A stretch of 64,000 nucleotides of DNA. Source: Eledone cirrhosa. Its lineage: Eukaryota. Shown here piece after piece: positions 35,228-50,636 of this stretch (position 1 is its first letter; each line of letters begins with the position of its first letter). The position numbers and the translations under genes are program-made. The notes beneath the pieces were generated by a model. That model was not told the origin of the DNA and did no database searches. It saw only the letters and a list, made by a program, of their open reading frames with translations. Location of the stretch: NCBI GenBank assembly GCA_964016885.1, contig OZ024764.1, forward strand, positions 27,032,001-27,096,000. Direction: 5' to 3'.

Positions 35228-38200
35228 ATGCAAATAGACTTAGAATGGAAAACATTCAGACAGAGAAGAATGGATAATGAGCGTCGTAAGAGAAATTGGC
35301 CAACAATTAATATTAATGGAAATGTAGAAGAATTTCATATTAGTGATATGAATGTTTCGTGTGATCACTGTGGAGCTTTGAAATTTAGAAATGAAAATTG
35401 TAACTGTTGTAATAAAGGAAAGGTAGTGTTGCCACCATTGCAAATATACCCTGAGAGACTGAGAAATCTCTTTGAAAGAGGCCAGGAAGCAGTTGATTTC
35501 ACAGAAACATCTGCAATTAAAACTACATTTATTTCACTTCATTTGGTGTTACCACCCGGCAGAGGCCCGTATAGATTTCATATTCAGGGTCAAACATATC
35601 AATACACACCCATCTCTGTAACCTGCAGAAAATACACCACAATATGGCCAGTTATATATTATTGATGGGAACGAAGGTGTGTAGCACAGATTGGAAGTAC
35701 AACCAAATAATTGTTTCTGGCACAAGGCCAGCAATTACTGGTACTTTATTCTATCGACCTCATAAGGATGAAAACAAAGTCAACCTTAGAGGGATTTGAA
35801 CCCAGAACGTAAAGGGCCATAACCCTATGCTGCAAAGCATGGTGTCTGACGCTCTACCGATACTGCCAATCCACTGCCCTAGTCCCAACAAATAATGACT
35901 GCTCACCACAAAAAATGGCTATGATAAGAGAGGTGTTGCATGAATATAATCCATATGTCGAAGTGTACAATACAATGCATGGCATCACAAATGAATATAT
36001 ATATATATACTACTAAAGTGTATGTAAAATTTTAAAATAAATACTTAAATTCAATTTGTATAATTACACATACAATATGTTTTGTTGTAAAACCCTAAAT
36101 AATGATTTAAGAAATGATGTCAATCTCTTTGTACAGAGAAAAACAATTTATATATATGCATCGTGTGCGCGTGTATACTCCATTTAAGACAGCGAAAAAC
36201 CTAGTACCTCCTTCAAAGAATGCCAAATAGTTTATGCCTAAGGTGTAACACTAATTAAGTTACTGGTATAGATATTTCAGTTGAACCCTGCTTCAAACAT
36301 GCATATTATTATTATATATTTTCAAACACACTTACATACATTATATTTATACACATAGAAATGTTAAAACTAAAGTATAATGATATAACAACAGTATATA
36401 ATAGTTTTCTTCACTTTATTGAGATGCAATCGTTTTAAAGAAAAAACATGACAGTATAAGAAATATTTAATATGATAACATAATATTTCAGGTAGGATGG
36501 TGGTTTCTCTTTGAACTAATAATTGTTTCTACTTTAGGCACAAGGCCAGCAATTAACCAGTACATTACTGGTACTTTATTTTATCGACCCCGTAAGGATG
36601 AAAGGCAAAGTTAACCTCGGATCGTAAAGGGACGTAACTATGCTGGAAAGCATGGCGTCAGACCCTCTACCGATACTGCCAATTCACCATACAGTATAAT
36701 TATACAAATATGCATATAGATAGCAATATATATACACTAATATGTATGTACATATTTATACATATATACATATATATAGGGAGAGAGAGAGACACATGTA
36801 TGTATATATATATACACATGCGTGTATGTATGTGTTTATGTACATTCTTCGGTATATATATATGAGTCACGGTTTATTACACATTGGAGACACAGAGAGA
36901 AAGAGTTAAAACGAGAGGTGAGAGAGTTGAAACAAGAGAGGAGAGAGTTGAAATGAGAAAAGAGAGAGAGAGTTGAAACGAGAGGAGAGAGAGAGAGAGT
37001 TGTAACGAGAGGAGAGAGAGAGAGAGAGTTGAAACGAGAGGAGAGAGAGTTGAAACGAGGAGAGAGTTGAAACAAGAGGGTGAGGGGAGAGAGGGGAGAG
37101 AGTGATGAAACGAGTCGGAGATAGAGTGTGAAAGAGAGAGAGAGAGGAAGAGAGAGAGAGAGAGGAAGAGAGAGAGAGAGGAAGAGAGAGAGAGAAAGAG
37201 AGAGAGAGAGGAAGAGAGAGAGAGGAAGAGAGAGAGAGGAAGAGGGAGAGGGGGGATGAAACAAGAGGGTGAGGGATGAAACAAGAGAGAGAGGGGAGAG
37301 AAAGAGAGAGGGGAGAGAAAGAGAGAGGGGAGAGAAAGAGAGAGAGAGAGAGAGAACGAATTGAAACAAGAGAGAGATGAAACAAGTGAGGGATTAGAGT
37401 GTTGAAACAAGAGAGAGAGGAAGAGAGAGAGGAAGAGAGAGAGAGAGCAAGATGGAACGAGAGAGAGAGAGCGAGATGAAATGAGAGCGAGATGAAACGA
37501 GAGAGAGAGAGAGTGAGATGAAATGAGAGAGAGAGTGAGATGAAATGAGAGAGAGAGAGAGCGAGAGAGAGAGCGAGATGAAACGAGAGAGAGAGAGAGA
37601 GAGAGAGAGCGAGATGAAATGAGACAGAGAGAGCGAGATGAAACGAGAGAGAGAGAGAGCGAGATGAAATGAGAGAGTGAGTGCGAGATGAAATGAGAGA
37701 GAGTGAGAGCGACATGAAATGAGAGAGAGAGAGCGAGATGAAACGAGAGAGAGAGAGAGCGAGATGAAATGAGAGAGAGTCAGAGCGAGATGAAATGAGA
37801 GAGTGAGAGCGAGATGAAATGAGAGAGAGAGAGCGAGATGAAATGAGAGAGAGTGAGAGCGAGATGAAATGAGAGAGAGAGAGCTAGATGAAATGAGAGA
37901 GAGAGGAAACGAGACTAGAGAGCGAGATGAAACAGGAGAGAGAGAGCGAGATGAAACAGGAGAGAGAGAGCGAGATGAAACAGGAGAGAGAGAGCGAGAT
38001 GAAACGAGAGGGAGAGAGAGATGAAATGAGAGAGCGAGAGAGAGATAGAGGGAGATGAAACGACAGAGAGAGAGACAGATGAAACGAGAGAGAGAAATAG
38101 AGATGAAACGAGAGAGAGTGATGAAACGAGAGAGAGGAAGAGAGAGATGGAACGAGAGAGAGGAAGAGAGAGATGGAACGAGAGAGAGGAAGACAGAGAT

Positions 38201-40243
38201 GAAATGAGAGAGAGGAAGACAGAGATGAAACGAGAGAGAGAGAGAGCGAGATGAAACGAGAGAGAGAGAGCGCGAGATGAAACTCTGTCATGTAATGTTA
38301 TGGACATATCTGCCCCTGGGGCTAATAATTGTCATGTAATGTTATGGTCATCTCTGCCCCTGTGGTTAATAATTCTGTCATGTAATGTTATGGTCATGTC
38401 TGCACCTGTGGCTAATAAATCTGTCATGTAATGTTATGGTCATCTCTGCCCCTGTGGCTAATAATTCTGTCATGTAATGTTATGGACATCTCTGCCCCTG
38501 TGGCTAATAATTCTGACATGTAATGTTATGGACATCTCTGCCCCGGTGGCTAATAATTCTGACATGTAATGTTATGGACATCTCTGCCCCTGTGGCTAAT
38601 AATTCTGACATGTAATGTTATGGACATTGCTATCTTGTTTCATCTCAAACAACAAAGTGCAAGAAGAGAAAATTGTCGTGTACAGAACTGTGAATTAAGA
38701 TTTAGAAGAGGATCAGATATGAGCTGCTCTAATTTACCAACTAGTAATGATAGCTGTTGTTTTGTGGGGGATTGAGGGCACACCACCTGTACAAAGAGAT
38801 ATTATCATCTTTCCTAAAGACCATCCTCCTCAGAAAATACCACATAATGCATGCCACTTGGACCTCATGACCGACCGATAATGGTGAATTTTGGTGGCAT
38901 AGTGCCATGGAGAGGAATGTAGGACCTGTGTTTGCAATAGACTGACAATGCAGGAGTATTACATATACTGTATAGCATATAGAGGAGGATTTAGTGCGAT
39001 ATATAGGGCAGGTAAATTATTTTAGCAGTATTTAGTGGATGCCTATATGAAAGTAGAGGGATGCAGGCTTCAATATTTGAGGAACAATCAAGCCCAATTG
39101 TGAGTGGATGAGTATAATGGTTTAATGAATTATCTAAACAGATGATAACACTGAGCCTTAAAAAATGAAGACAAGATAAGAAACAGAGAAGACATTGACA
39201 GAATCGTGTCAGCAGAAATACCTGCATTGGAAGATGATCCAGTACTACATGAGCAGGTTTAAAAGTTTATGATCCACAGGCCATGTGGTTCTGGAAACCC
39301 TTTTCCCCCATTTATACAAAATGGATTTTTCAAAAAGAACTATCCAAAAACCTACAGAAGGGAAACATTATTGAACCTAAATGGATACCCAGAGTACAGG
39401 AGGTGCAAGACAGGAACTGCAGTGTAAATTGGATGACATTCAGTAGATAACAGGAATGTTATGCCATTTAATGCCTTTTTGCTTAAGAAATATTGTGCAC
39501 ATATTAATGTTGAAGTTTGCGCTTCTGTAAAAAGTGTCAAGTACCTCTTTAAATATGTTACATGGGGCATGATTGTACATCTATAGAAGTAACGAATAAT
39601 GCATTACCTAATGAGGCTCAGAACCAACACAACCATGATGAAATAAGAACCTATCTTTGTTGCAGGTATGTGTCTCAGCCAGAAGCAGTGTCGTGTCTCT
39701 CGGAATTTAAGCTTCATGGTACATCACATACAGTATACAGCCTAGCCACACACCTGGAGAACAAACAGAGTTTACTTTCAAAGAGGCAATGCTCAGGTTG
39801 TGGTAGAAATGCAGGGACCCTTGCTGCCTGGTTCAAGCTAAATGAACTTGCTTACACCTTCTGGGATGCCGCCTCACTAACTCCAATTATAAGCAGGATC
39901 AATAATAATGCTTCTATGGAATATTTCAATCCAGAACAGATTATGTAATGGCACAAGATTAGAAGTAGTAGAACTGCATAAACATTTTATCAAAGCTTCT
40001 CATATCTATGGTCCTTTGATGGGCAGGTGTGTTTTGATCCCAAGACTGAAGTTATCCCCCAGTGGTGCCAACATCCCTTTTACTTTGGAAAGACCCCAGT
40101 TTCCATTAAGACTGTCATATGCCATGACAATCAACAAGAACCATGGTCAAATACATGATAAAGTGGGTCTGTTCCTCCCTGAGCAAGTATTTAACCCTGG
40201 ACAATTGTATGTTGCTTTTTCAAGAGTTCACAGACAGATGTAA
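35228..40243 (+). mobile_element. Helitron RepHel pseudogene, copy 5
   Basis: The + strand Helitron ORF translations are identical to copy 1. Confidence 0.95.
36888..38627. repeat. GA satellite plus 46-bp minisatellite (U5 copy)
   Basis: Same structure as 2945-4618. Confidence 0.95.
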
Positions 40244-40815
40244 AAATTAATCCTAGCAAACCCCCACCACTCCTACAACTGTTAGCTGTTAGCCCACCCC
40301 CAGCACCACCCAACCTCCGTTCTAGTCCCACCGTTAGAACCAATGCTGCTTACCCTGCCTCTTTTACTAGTTCACTCCGTCGCTCGAATTTCAAAGCTGG
40401 CCCTCTACACTTGGTCGTTGCCAGCTCACCACCTGGTTGTGCTCTCTGTGTCCGCACTAGCCGGTACCTAAACACAATAAAATGTCACCTGTGCTACCAA
40501 AACTACCACAGGAACTCTGTCGGCATCAGCAAGGCTCAAGCCGAAAGGCTTCAATACTAGACCTGTAATCAGGGCCACTTTACCTCCGACGACCAGCTTT
40601 CTACCGAGTGTGTGTTGATGGAGGGGACATGAGACCAGCAAAGTCCTAGGAGTAGAGACTAGTAAATAATAAACGGTCCTAGCTATGTTAAGAATATATA
40701 TAAGAAAAATGTTCTATACATTTAAGAAGACAAGAGAAATAAATATTTACCTCTTTCATGTAGGTAATATAGCGGTGTTATAAAAGTATAATAACTGATG
40801 CAGGTAGTTTGTTTC

Positions 40816-40977
40816 AAACTATAACACATATAACTCTATCAGTGAAGCCCTTTAGTATAGGTCAACTGGGAAACTATAACACATATAACCCTATCAGTGA
40901 AGTCCTTTAGTATAGGTCAACTGGGAAATTATAACACATATAACCCTATCAGTGAAGTCCTTTAGTATAGGTCAACT
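40816..40977. repeat. 55-bp minisatellite, 3 copies
   Basis: Same unit as at 6807. Confidence 0.95.
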
Positions 40978-43504
40978 AACAGAAGTATTACGGGTATGGA
41001 AAAAATTCTAAATAAGCCTACAACAGTCATTGCGGGCCACTCTGACTGGTCAGGTGGGCTCGATTGTGGCCCGCGGGCCGCCTGTTGCACGCCCCTCCTT
41101 TAGACAGAATATCTATCACTGTTAAGTAATACTGTGATCTGTCGGCTAACTACATTTTGCAGCCTGTGGCGTTTGGGGGAGTCGGGATACTGACTGCGAG
41201 ATTCCTATCTTCACTGGCGGCTAGCCTGACGAAGGTGACTGGTGAAGCTCGTGAGGGCACTTGGTTGTTCCAGCTCCTCAGCCTCGCCATCGCCCGAGGT
41301 AACGCTGCAGACGTGCTGGCTTGCCTAAAAAATCATTAGAGAGGTTTCCCAGTGCTCCTCGCGATACTGTTATCTTTTGCTCTAGTAGCAGCTCGTTTGT
41401 CCACCCCTTTCGCCTGCCTTTGGTTGTATGTCGTCCTAGATGTGTGTATTACCTGCTTGTGTGTTGTATGTGGTCCTAGATGTGTGTATTACCTGCTTAT
41501 GTGGTCCTAGATGTATGTATTACCTGCTGGTGTGTTGTATGTGGTCCCAGATGTGTGGATTACCTGTTTTTGTGTTGTATGTGGTCCCAAATGTGTGTGC
41601 TACCCGCTTCTGTGATTTGTTGTTTCTTCTTTCTCTCTTCCGAGAAACAATCCTGTATTTTTTTAATCTATTCCATGCGTTAAGTAATTAGCAGCAACAA
41701 CAAACTGATTTTCAGTTGTAAAAAGAATCTTTAAACCTTCACCATTTACATTAACACATACCATACGTTGTCCCAGCCACAAATAAACAGTAAAAAAAAC
41801 TTACTTTGCGGTTAAATTCTTCACAATTAAAAGAAAAATATTTCTAACACGTTTCTAGACAACACCAAGTTTACACCTTCAATATCCGGTAAAAGTAAAA
41901 ACAAATTCTGGAGACATTTAACGAAACGAAACTATGTAAAGAAAAACGAAAATTAAACGAAGACAAATAGTAAATTTTAATTTTTATTAAATAAAATACC
42001 AGTAATTCACTGCAGTAGATTTAATCAACTTTACTCTCTCTGCACGAAAGAAGAAAAAAATTCCTGACTTAGTGCTTAATATATAGAGAGGGGGAGAGTT
42101 TGGTGTTACTTCATATAGAGAGGGGTATTGGAAGAGAGTGCCGTGTAGTAGATATAGAGAGGGAGAGAGTGTGTGCTAATTGATATAAAGAGGGGGATTT
42201 GCACCCCCCCCCCCCCCGCCTAGAAAAATTCTGAAATGCTTCGACCTCCCTGTACATATATATATATATATAGTATACACACACAGACATATATATAGTA
42301 AATAAATGTGTGTGTGTATCAGTGGTCCCCAAACTTTTCTGTTCCACACCCCTCCTCTAAAATATGTTTATGTTCCCCTTTAATATAAAAACAATCCGAG
42401 TATTCTGAAAGTATTATTACTGTAATATAAAGTAGAAACCCTTTATTTAAACAAAGCTACGATGCAGCGATGATCAAAACAAACTTCTCGTAGGTGCTGC
42501 CAAGCGGGGAAAAGTGGATGTATAATGATGATGATATATATATATATGCCCCACCCTTGCAAACAGGGAAAAGCAGACGTAAAATGAAAATGATGATATA
42601 TATATAGATAGATAGATATGTATATATATATATTTATACTTATACGTCATGGTGGCTACAGGTGCCAAGAGGAAGAAGCCGGTCAAATCCTCTGATATTT
42701 GTTTATCTTCCTTTCCTTTGTATATATATATATAGTATGTGTGTGTGTATGAAGATGTATGACCCCTAGCAAGCCAAACTACAGTTACTCCCCAACATGG
42801 AGAGCAAATTAAAACATTACCTGTTAGAGACGAACGTGAAATGATTTGTTAGTGAACTACCGGTGTCACAGTAATTATGTTACCGGTGTAACTATTTCTG
42901 TTTACCTTATTTTTAAATGACACTCCTATATTAGTTTAGTGACCTTTCAATTCAAATAAATTCTTGATGATGATTGAACTCGCATCGGAGTAGCCCAACG
43001 CCTTGGCCTCCGCGTGTGTGAGCCACATAAATGCTCTCAACGACATAGTGAGAAGAAGCCTGGACGCAGCTGAATTTCCATCTCAACTGGAGTCAGCAGG
43101 CTTAGGCCGCGGAGATGGCAAGCACCCCGAGGGAATCACCCTCTTCCCATTCGAAGGAGGTAGATCCACAAACCCCAGCATCGCTGCCCGTCTCGCAGAT
43201 GAACATAAAATAAACAAATTCCGGTGTTTGTCCTGGAGCCTCTTCTAAGCACCAGCCGCCGTCGAGACCCCGGGCCAACTTGGACCCATTACAGCCGAGC
43301 TCCTCCGCAACATCGCAGTGTCTGTGGCCCGTCTGAGGATGGAGTCCCACGAGGTTGGATGCCTGTTGCAGCAGGTGTTACTGTCCTTACATATATATAC
43401 GTAAATGTTCCCTTGACTGCTATTTCTAGCATATATTAATAGACACTTTAGAAACAGCAGCTAAAAATCAAGAAACAACAGTGTGTGTCTGTATATATAT
43501 ACAC

Positions 43505-43581
<77 letters not shown>

Positions 43582-43660
43582 AGCCAAAGACACGCACACA
43601 CGAACATACACATACACACAGGTGTATGTCTGCGTGTATGTATATATATGTGTGTGTCTT

Positions 43661-43728
<68 letters not shown>

Positions 43729-43864
43729 GTCAGTGATCCCCCTCGCAACCTTTAATTAAACAAACCTGCGATGAGGCGATGATCAAAATAAACACCAAAG
43801 TATAAACAAACAGCCCATAGGTGCTGCCGGATACACGATAACATGTGTAGACGAAGTAAAACTT

Positions 43865-45074
43865 TTATTACTGTAATATAAAGTAGAAACCCTTTATTTA
43901 AACAAAGCTGCGATGCAGCGATGATCAAAACAAACTTCAAATAACATGTGTATACGAAGTGTATCTGGAAGCTTGGTCGTATTATATGACTTTCAAATTG
44001 ACCCCTATTATATTCAAATTATCCCCTGTGGGGCGTGCACCCCACGTTGAGAATCCCTCATAAATAAATATATGTGAGTGTGTTGCTATGACTGCTATTT
44101 CTAGCAGGTTTACTGCAGTCCTGTAGACGCACAACAAAAACCGGAAGTGGCAGCCATTAAAAAACTTTGGCTTAAAATCAGGCAAAAGTTTTTTAACAAT
44201 TTGCCAAGAAAGATAACTCTTGTCTTACTTAATCGCAAAAATCGAGGCAAAAATTTTGTGGGTGTACAGTTTGTTTGGTGTATTTGACTGCTATTTCTAG
44301 CATGTATGGACACTTTAGAAATAGCAGCGAAAAACGGAAAACAGCAGAAAGAAGGACACACACCTATATATATATATATATATACCAGCTATACACTCAC
44401 CCATACATATATATATATACCAGCTATACACACACCCATATCTACGTATAGGTGTGTGTGCGCGCGTGTATGTATATATAAATATATATATTTAAATGTA
44501 TATATCTGTGCATATATATATGTATATATATATACGTGTGTGTCCTTCTTTCTTATGTTTCCCGTGTTTCGCTGCTATTTCTAAAGTGTCCATATATGCT
44601 AGAAATAGCAGTCAAATACACCAAACAAACTGCACACCCGCAAAATTTTTTGCCTCGATTTTTGCGATTAAGTAAGACAAGAGTTATCTTTCTTGGCAAA
44701 TTGTTAAAAAACTTTTGCCTGATTTTAAGCCAAAGTTTTTTAATGGCTTCCACTTCCGGTTTTTGTTGTGCGTCTACAGGACTGCAGTAAACCTGCTAGA
44801 AATAGCAGTCATAGCAACACACTCACATATATTTATTTATGAGGGATTCTCAACGTGGGGTGCACGCCCCACAGGGGATAATTTGAATATAATAGGGGTC
44901 AATTTGAAAGTCATATAATACGACCCAACTCCCTGTTACACTTCGTATACACATGTTATCGTGTATCTGGCAGCACCTGCGAGAAGTTTGTTTACATTTT
45001 GGGGTTTGCTTTGATGATCGCTGCATCTCAGCCTTGTTTAAATAAAGGGTTTCTACTTTATATTACAGTAATAA
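43865..45074. repeat. Long inverted repeat (U5 copy)
   Basis: Mirror ORFs 43982-44185(-)/44715-44918(+). Confidence 0.95.
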
Positions 45075-47147
45075 CACTTTTACAAGACTCGGATTGTTTT
45101 TATATTAAAGGGGGAGATGTTTTTTAAACTCTGAACTCAGCATCTTTCTGTTGTTCTCCGGGATTCTAGCAAAGTATAAAAAAAAATATATATATATAGA
45201 TATATATATATATATCTGGCAGTCAACCTCAGACTCGAAAAAGCCGCCGCTAATCGTGATCGTTGGGGTTATAATTCGACTAAAGTGCTTCCACTGGGCA
45301 CCATTAGCTGGTTGTGATCATTGGAGAATTCTTTCTGCGCTGAAAGAGCCTAGGACTAAAAGATATATATATAGATGTCGAAACGGCAGTAGCACAGCCG
45401 TTGGGGTCCTGAATATTTTCACATCTATATATGTGTGTGTATTCTGCGACATTTATAATTACATAAGCAAGCATATTTGAATAACAAAATTTGAGGTTTA
45501 AATACTTTATTTTTTACCAATAACATAGAGAAAGGCATGAACAACACCACATGTTAATTACTTTAATATTGAAAGTAGGCTTATAAATATTAAAAAAGCA
45601 GATGTTTGTATCTTTCATGGTGGTCTGGTGGGTGATACCAGAGATGGTGGTAGTCATGGTTTCGGTTTCAATCCTGGTCATGGGTTACATATAAGGTCTC
45701 ATTTTTCTTTCTTTCAGTTTTCTTCTTATCTCTAGATATAAATATATATACATAAGGTAATTTGGTAGAATTGTTAGAACATCAGATAGAATTCTTTGCA
45801 GTATTTTTCCAGTTCTTTACTCTGAGTTCAACTTTACCTTTCTTCCATTCGGTGTCGATAAGTCTTGAATATGTCTAACGTAGCAATAACTGGAGCTACT
45901 TAACCAAGTTTTCCCAACCTAGTCGATGTCACCTGCTGGTTGGCGATTTAAACTGTTGGCTGGGACAATGACCAACTAATCAGTCAGATTCCAACTCACT
46001 ATGTCTGGCATATATTTTATATTTTATATTTGAATGAAGTTCTGTAAGTAACCTGGTGGCTTAGATGGCAATACTGCTCGAATAGATGGCTTCTATTATG
46101 AAGTTATAAGTTCATTCCCTATCCAGGATTGTAGAATTAATTTTATTTAGTTATTATTTAATCAATTGTTTTAACAAACAAATTATATCTATAAAACGCC
46201 AAATATAGTGAGTTCAAATCTGACTGACATGCATGGTATATATTTATGTTTCATTATACAGCGACACAATACACAGGAACTTATAAAGATATGTATATAT
46301 TGTCCAGGAGTTTCGAGTTTAGTGGGAATTGGTACAACTCTCAATTGGAGCTAGTCCCTGCAAGATCAGCATAAATAATGTTATACCTTTTCATGAAATC
46401 TTGCACACCCGATATTTTATACATGATTATTTAAAGGTGAACAAAAACCAAAGAACATTGTGCAGCATTTCTCAACCTTTCTACCCATGTCGATCTCTTG
46501 AAATAGTTTTTATGTCTCAGGGAAGCCCTGCATAAAATATACTTTTTCTATCTCTAGAGCAGTGGTTCCCAAATCGTGTGCTGCGAGATGAAACAAGATG
46601 AGCTGCAAAAGACTAAGATTAAGTTTTAAGATGTGAAAAATATAAAACTGAAATTTCATATAAAAGTTCAAATATAGCTACAGCCACAAACCTAGGCTCC
46701 ACACCCCGCAATGCAAAGGATAGTAAGATAGTACCAAGGCCTGACTCACCTCTTCCACTCCATTGAGACCTCTGCCATACTTGGTCCCTGTACTGCTGAT
46801 TTCCTCCATAAAGTCGGGAGGAAAGACAACAGGAGCCTCATGAGGAGGGGCGACTATTGTAGCAGGTGTCTCTGGCCTTGCTCCGAGGTAACGCTTTTAC
46901 GTTTCTTCCACAGGTTGCGGCTGAGGGACCACTTAGACTGGGGTGAAGTGTCTGTCCCTCCCCCGACTTCTTACTTCTTTTTTTTTCTCATTTTCATTTT
47001 CTTTTCTCTTCTTGCTTATCTCTGCTATACCACGGCATCAAAAACATATATAATATGTGTATGTATGGTATAGGTGTATTTATATTTAGGATAGTTATCA
47101 AAGGTAAATAGACTGGTTGGAGCAATAACAGTCTTGTTTATGTATAT

Positions 47148-47216
<69 letters not shown>

Positions 47217-47317
47217 TGTTCTTGTATTTCCATAGAAAAGGTAAAGAAAAGAAGAATGCTATATATATTGTACAGAGCTATTTAATTACATAATAAACAA
47301 CAGAATATAATTATTCC

Positions 47318-47569
47318 ATGCAAATAGACTTAGACTGGAAAACATTCAGACAGAGAAGAATGGATAATGAGCGTCGTAAGAGAAATTGCCAACAATTAAT
47401 ATTAATGGAAATGTAGAAGGATTTCATATTAGTGATATGAATGTTTCGTGTGATCACTGTGGAGCTTTGAAATTTAGAAATGAAAATTGTAACTGTTGTA
47501 ATAAAGGAAAGGTTATGTTGCCACCATTGCAAATATACCCTGAGAGACTGAGAAATCTCTTTGAAAGAG
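47318..47569 (+). mobile_element. Helitron 5' fragment, copy 6 (truncated)
   Basis: Same breakpoint as copy 4. Confidence 0.9.
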
Positions 47570-47589
47570 ATTTCTCAGTCTCTCAGGGT

Positions 47590-48300
47590 ATATATTCCCG
47601 CCGGTGAAATAAAAATTTTAATAGAAAAACGGCGGGAATATATGTTACAACCCAACCTACATATTTTTGGGCTGTAACATATATTCCCGCCGTTGAAATA
47701 AATATTTTAATAGAAAAACGGCGGGAATATATGTTACAACCCAATCTATATATATTTGAGTTGTAACATATATTCCCGCCGTTGAAATAAAAATTTTAAT
47801 AGAAAAACGGCGGGAATATATGTTACAACGCAATCTATATATATTTGGGTTGTAACATATATTCCCGCCGTTGAAATAAAAATTTTAATAGAAAAACGGC
47901 GGGAATATATGTTACAACCCAACCTACATATGTTTGGGTTGTAATATATATTCCCGCCGTTTTTCTGTTAAAATTTTTATTTCAACGGCGGGAATATATG
48001 TTACAACCCAAATATATGTAGATTGGGTTGTAACATATATTCCCGCCGTTTTTCTATTAAAATTTTTATTTCAACGGCGGGAATATATGTTACAACCCAA
48101 ATATATGTACATTGGATTGTAACATATATTCCCGCCGTTTTTCTATTCAAATTTTTATTTCAACGGCGGGAATATATGTTACAACTCAAATATATATAGA
48201 TTGGGTTGTAACATATATTCCCGCCGTTTTTCTATTAAAATTTTTATTTCACCGGCGGGAATATGTTACAACCCAAATATATATATATTGAGTTGTAACA
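47590..48300. repeat. 89-bp foldback minisatellite, 8 units (4 forward + 4 inverted)
   Basis: Forward units at 47590, 47679, 47768 and 47857. Inverted units at about 47946, 48035, 48124 and 48213. Confidence 0.95.
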
Positions 48301-49889
48301 TGGGTTACATATAAGGTCTCATTTTTTTTCTTTTCTTTCTTTCAGTTTTCTTCTTATCTCTAGATATAAATATATATACATGAGGTAACTTGGTAGAATT
48401 GTTAGAACATCAGATAGAATTCTTTGCAGTATTTTTCCAGTTCTTTACTCTGAGTTCAACTTTACCTTTCTTCCATTCAGTGTCGATAAGTCTTGAATAT
48501 GTCTAACGTAGCAATAACTGGAGCTACTTAACCAAGTTTTCCCAACCTAGTCGATGTCACCTACTGGTTGGCGATTTAAACTGTTGGCTGGGACAATGAC
48601 CAACTAATCAGTCAGATTCGAACTCACTATGTCTGGCATATATTTTATATTTTATATTTGAATGAAGTTCTGTAAGTAACCTGGTGGCTTAGATGGCAAT
48701 ACTGCTCGAATAGATGGCTTCTATTATGCAGTTATAAGTTCATTCCCTATCCAGGATTGTAGAATTAATTTTATTTAGTTATTATTTAATCAATTGTTTT
48801 AACAAACAAATTATATCTATAAAACGCCAAATATAGTGAGTTCAAATCTGACTGACATGCATGGTATATATTTATGTTTCATTATACAGCGACACAATAC
48901 ACAGGAACTTATAAAGATATGTATATATTGTCCAGGAGTTTCGAGTTTAGTGGGAATTGGTACAACTCTCAATTGGAGCTAGTCCCTGCAAGATCAGCAT
49001 AAATAATGTTATACCTTTTCATGAAATCTTGCACACCCGATATTTTATACATGATTATTTAAAGGTGAACAAAAACCAAAGAACATTGTGCAGCATTTCT
49101 CAACCTTTCTACCCATGTCGATCTCTTGAAATAGTTTTTATGTCTCAGGGAAGCCCTGCATAAAATATACTATTTTCTATCTCTAGAGCAGTGGTTCCCG
49201 AATCGTGTGCTGCGAGATGAAACAAGATGAGCTGCAAAAGACTAAGATTAAGTTTTATGATGTGAAAAATGTAAAGCTGAAATTTCATATAAAAGTTCAA
49301 ATATAGCTACAGCCACAAACCTAGGCTCCACACCCCGCAATGCAGAGGATAGTAAGATAGTACCAAGGCCTGACTCACCTCTTCCACTCCATTGAGACCT
49401 CTGCCATACTTGGTCCCTGTACTGCTGATTTCCTCCATAAAGTCGGGAGGAAAGATGACAGGAGCCTCATGAGGAGGGGCGACTATTGTAGCAGGTGTCT
49501 CTGGCCTTGCTCCGAGGTAACGCTTTTACGTTTCTTCCACAGGTTGCGGCTGAGAGACCACTTAGACTGGGGTGAAGTGTCTGTCCCTCCCCCGACTTCT
49601 TACTTCTTTTTTTTTCTCCTTTTCATTTTCTTTTCTCTTCTTGCTTATCTCTGCTATACCACGGCATCAAAAACATATATGATATATGTATGTATGGTAT
49701 AGGTGTATTTATATTTAGGATAGTTATCAAAGGTAAATAGACTGGTTGGAGCAATAACAGTCTTGTTTATGTATATACATATATATATATATTTATATGT
49801 TTGTTCTTGTATTTCCATAGAAAAGGTAAAGAAAAGAATAGTGCTCTATGTATTGTACAGAGCTATTTAATTACATAATAAACAACAGA

Positions 49890-50636
49890 ATGGAAAACAT
49901 TCAGACAGAGAAGAATGGATAATGAGCGTTGTAAGAGAAATTGGCCAACAATTAATATTAATGGAAATGTAGAAGAATTTCATATTAGTGATATGAATGT
50001 TTCGTGTGATCACTGTGGAGCTTTGAAATTTAGAAATGAAAATTGTAACTGTTGTAATAAAGGAAAGGTTGTGTTGCCACCATTGCAAATATACCCTGAG
50101 AGACTGAGAAATTTCTTTGAAAGAGGCCAGGAAGCAGTTGATTTCACAGAAACATCTGCAATTAAAACTACATTTATTTCACTTCATTTGGTGTTACCAC
50201 CCGGCAGAGGCCCGTATAGCTTTCATATTCAGGGTCAAACATATCACTACACCCCCATCTCTGTAACCTGCAGAAAATACACCACAATATGGCCAGTTAT
50301 ATATTATTGATGGGAACGAAGGTATGTAGCACAGATTGGAAGTACGTCCAAATAATTGTTTCTAGCACAAGGCCAGCAATTACTGGTACTTTATTCTATC
50401 GACCTAATAAGGATGAAAACAAAGTCAACCTTGGAGGGATTTGAACCCAGAACGTAAAGGGACATAACCCTATGCTGTAAAGCATGGTGTCTGGCGCTCT
50501 ACCGATACTGCCAATCCACTGCCCTAGTACCAACAAATAATGACTGCTCACCACAAAAAATGGCTATGATAAGAGAAGTGTTGCATGAATGTAATTCATA
50601 TGTCGAAGTGTACAATACAATGCATGGCATCACAAA

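Larger units (their letters stand above)
33937..45987. repeat. Macro-repeat unit U5, a near-identical copy of U1 (offset ~33.9 kb)
   Basis: Shares U1 variants ggcttctagttc (short deletion), ctctcagttgg, cagcattctc and cgtatagattt. Confidence 0.95.
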
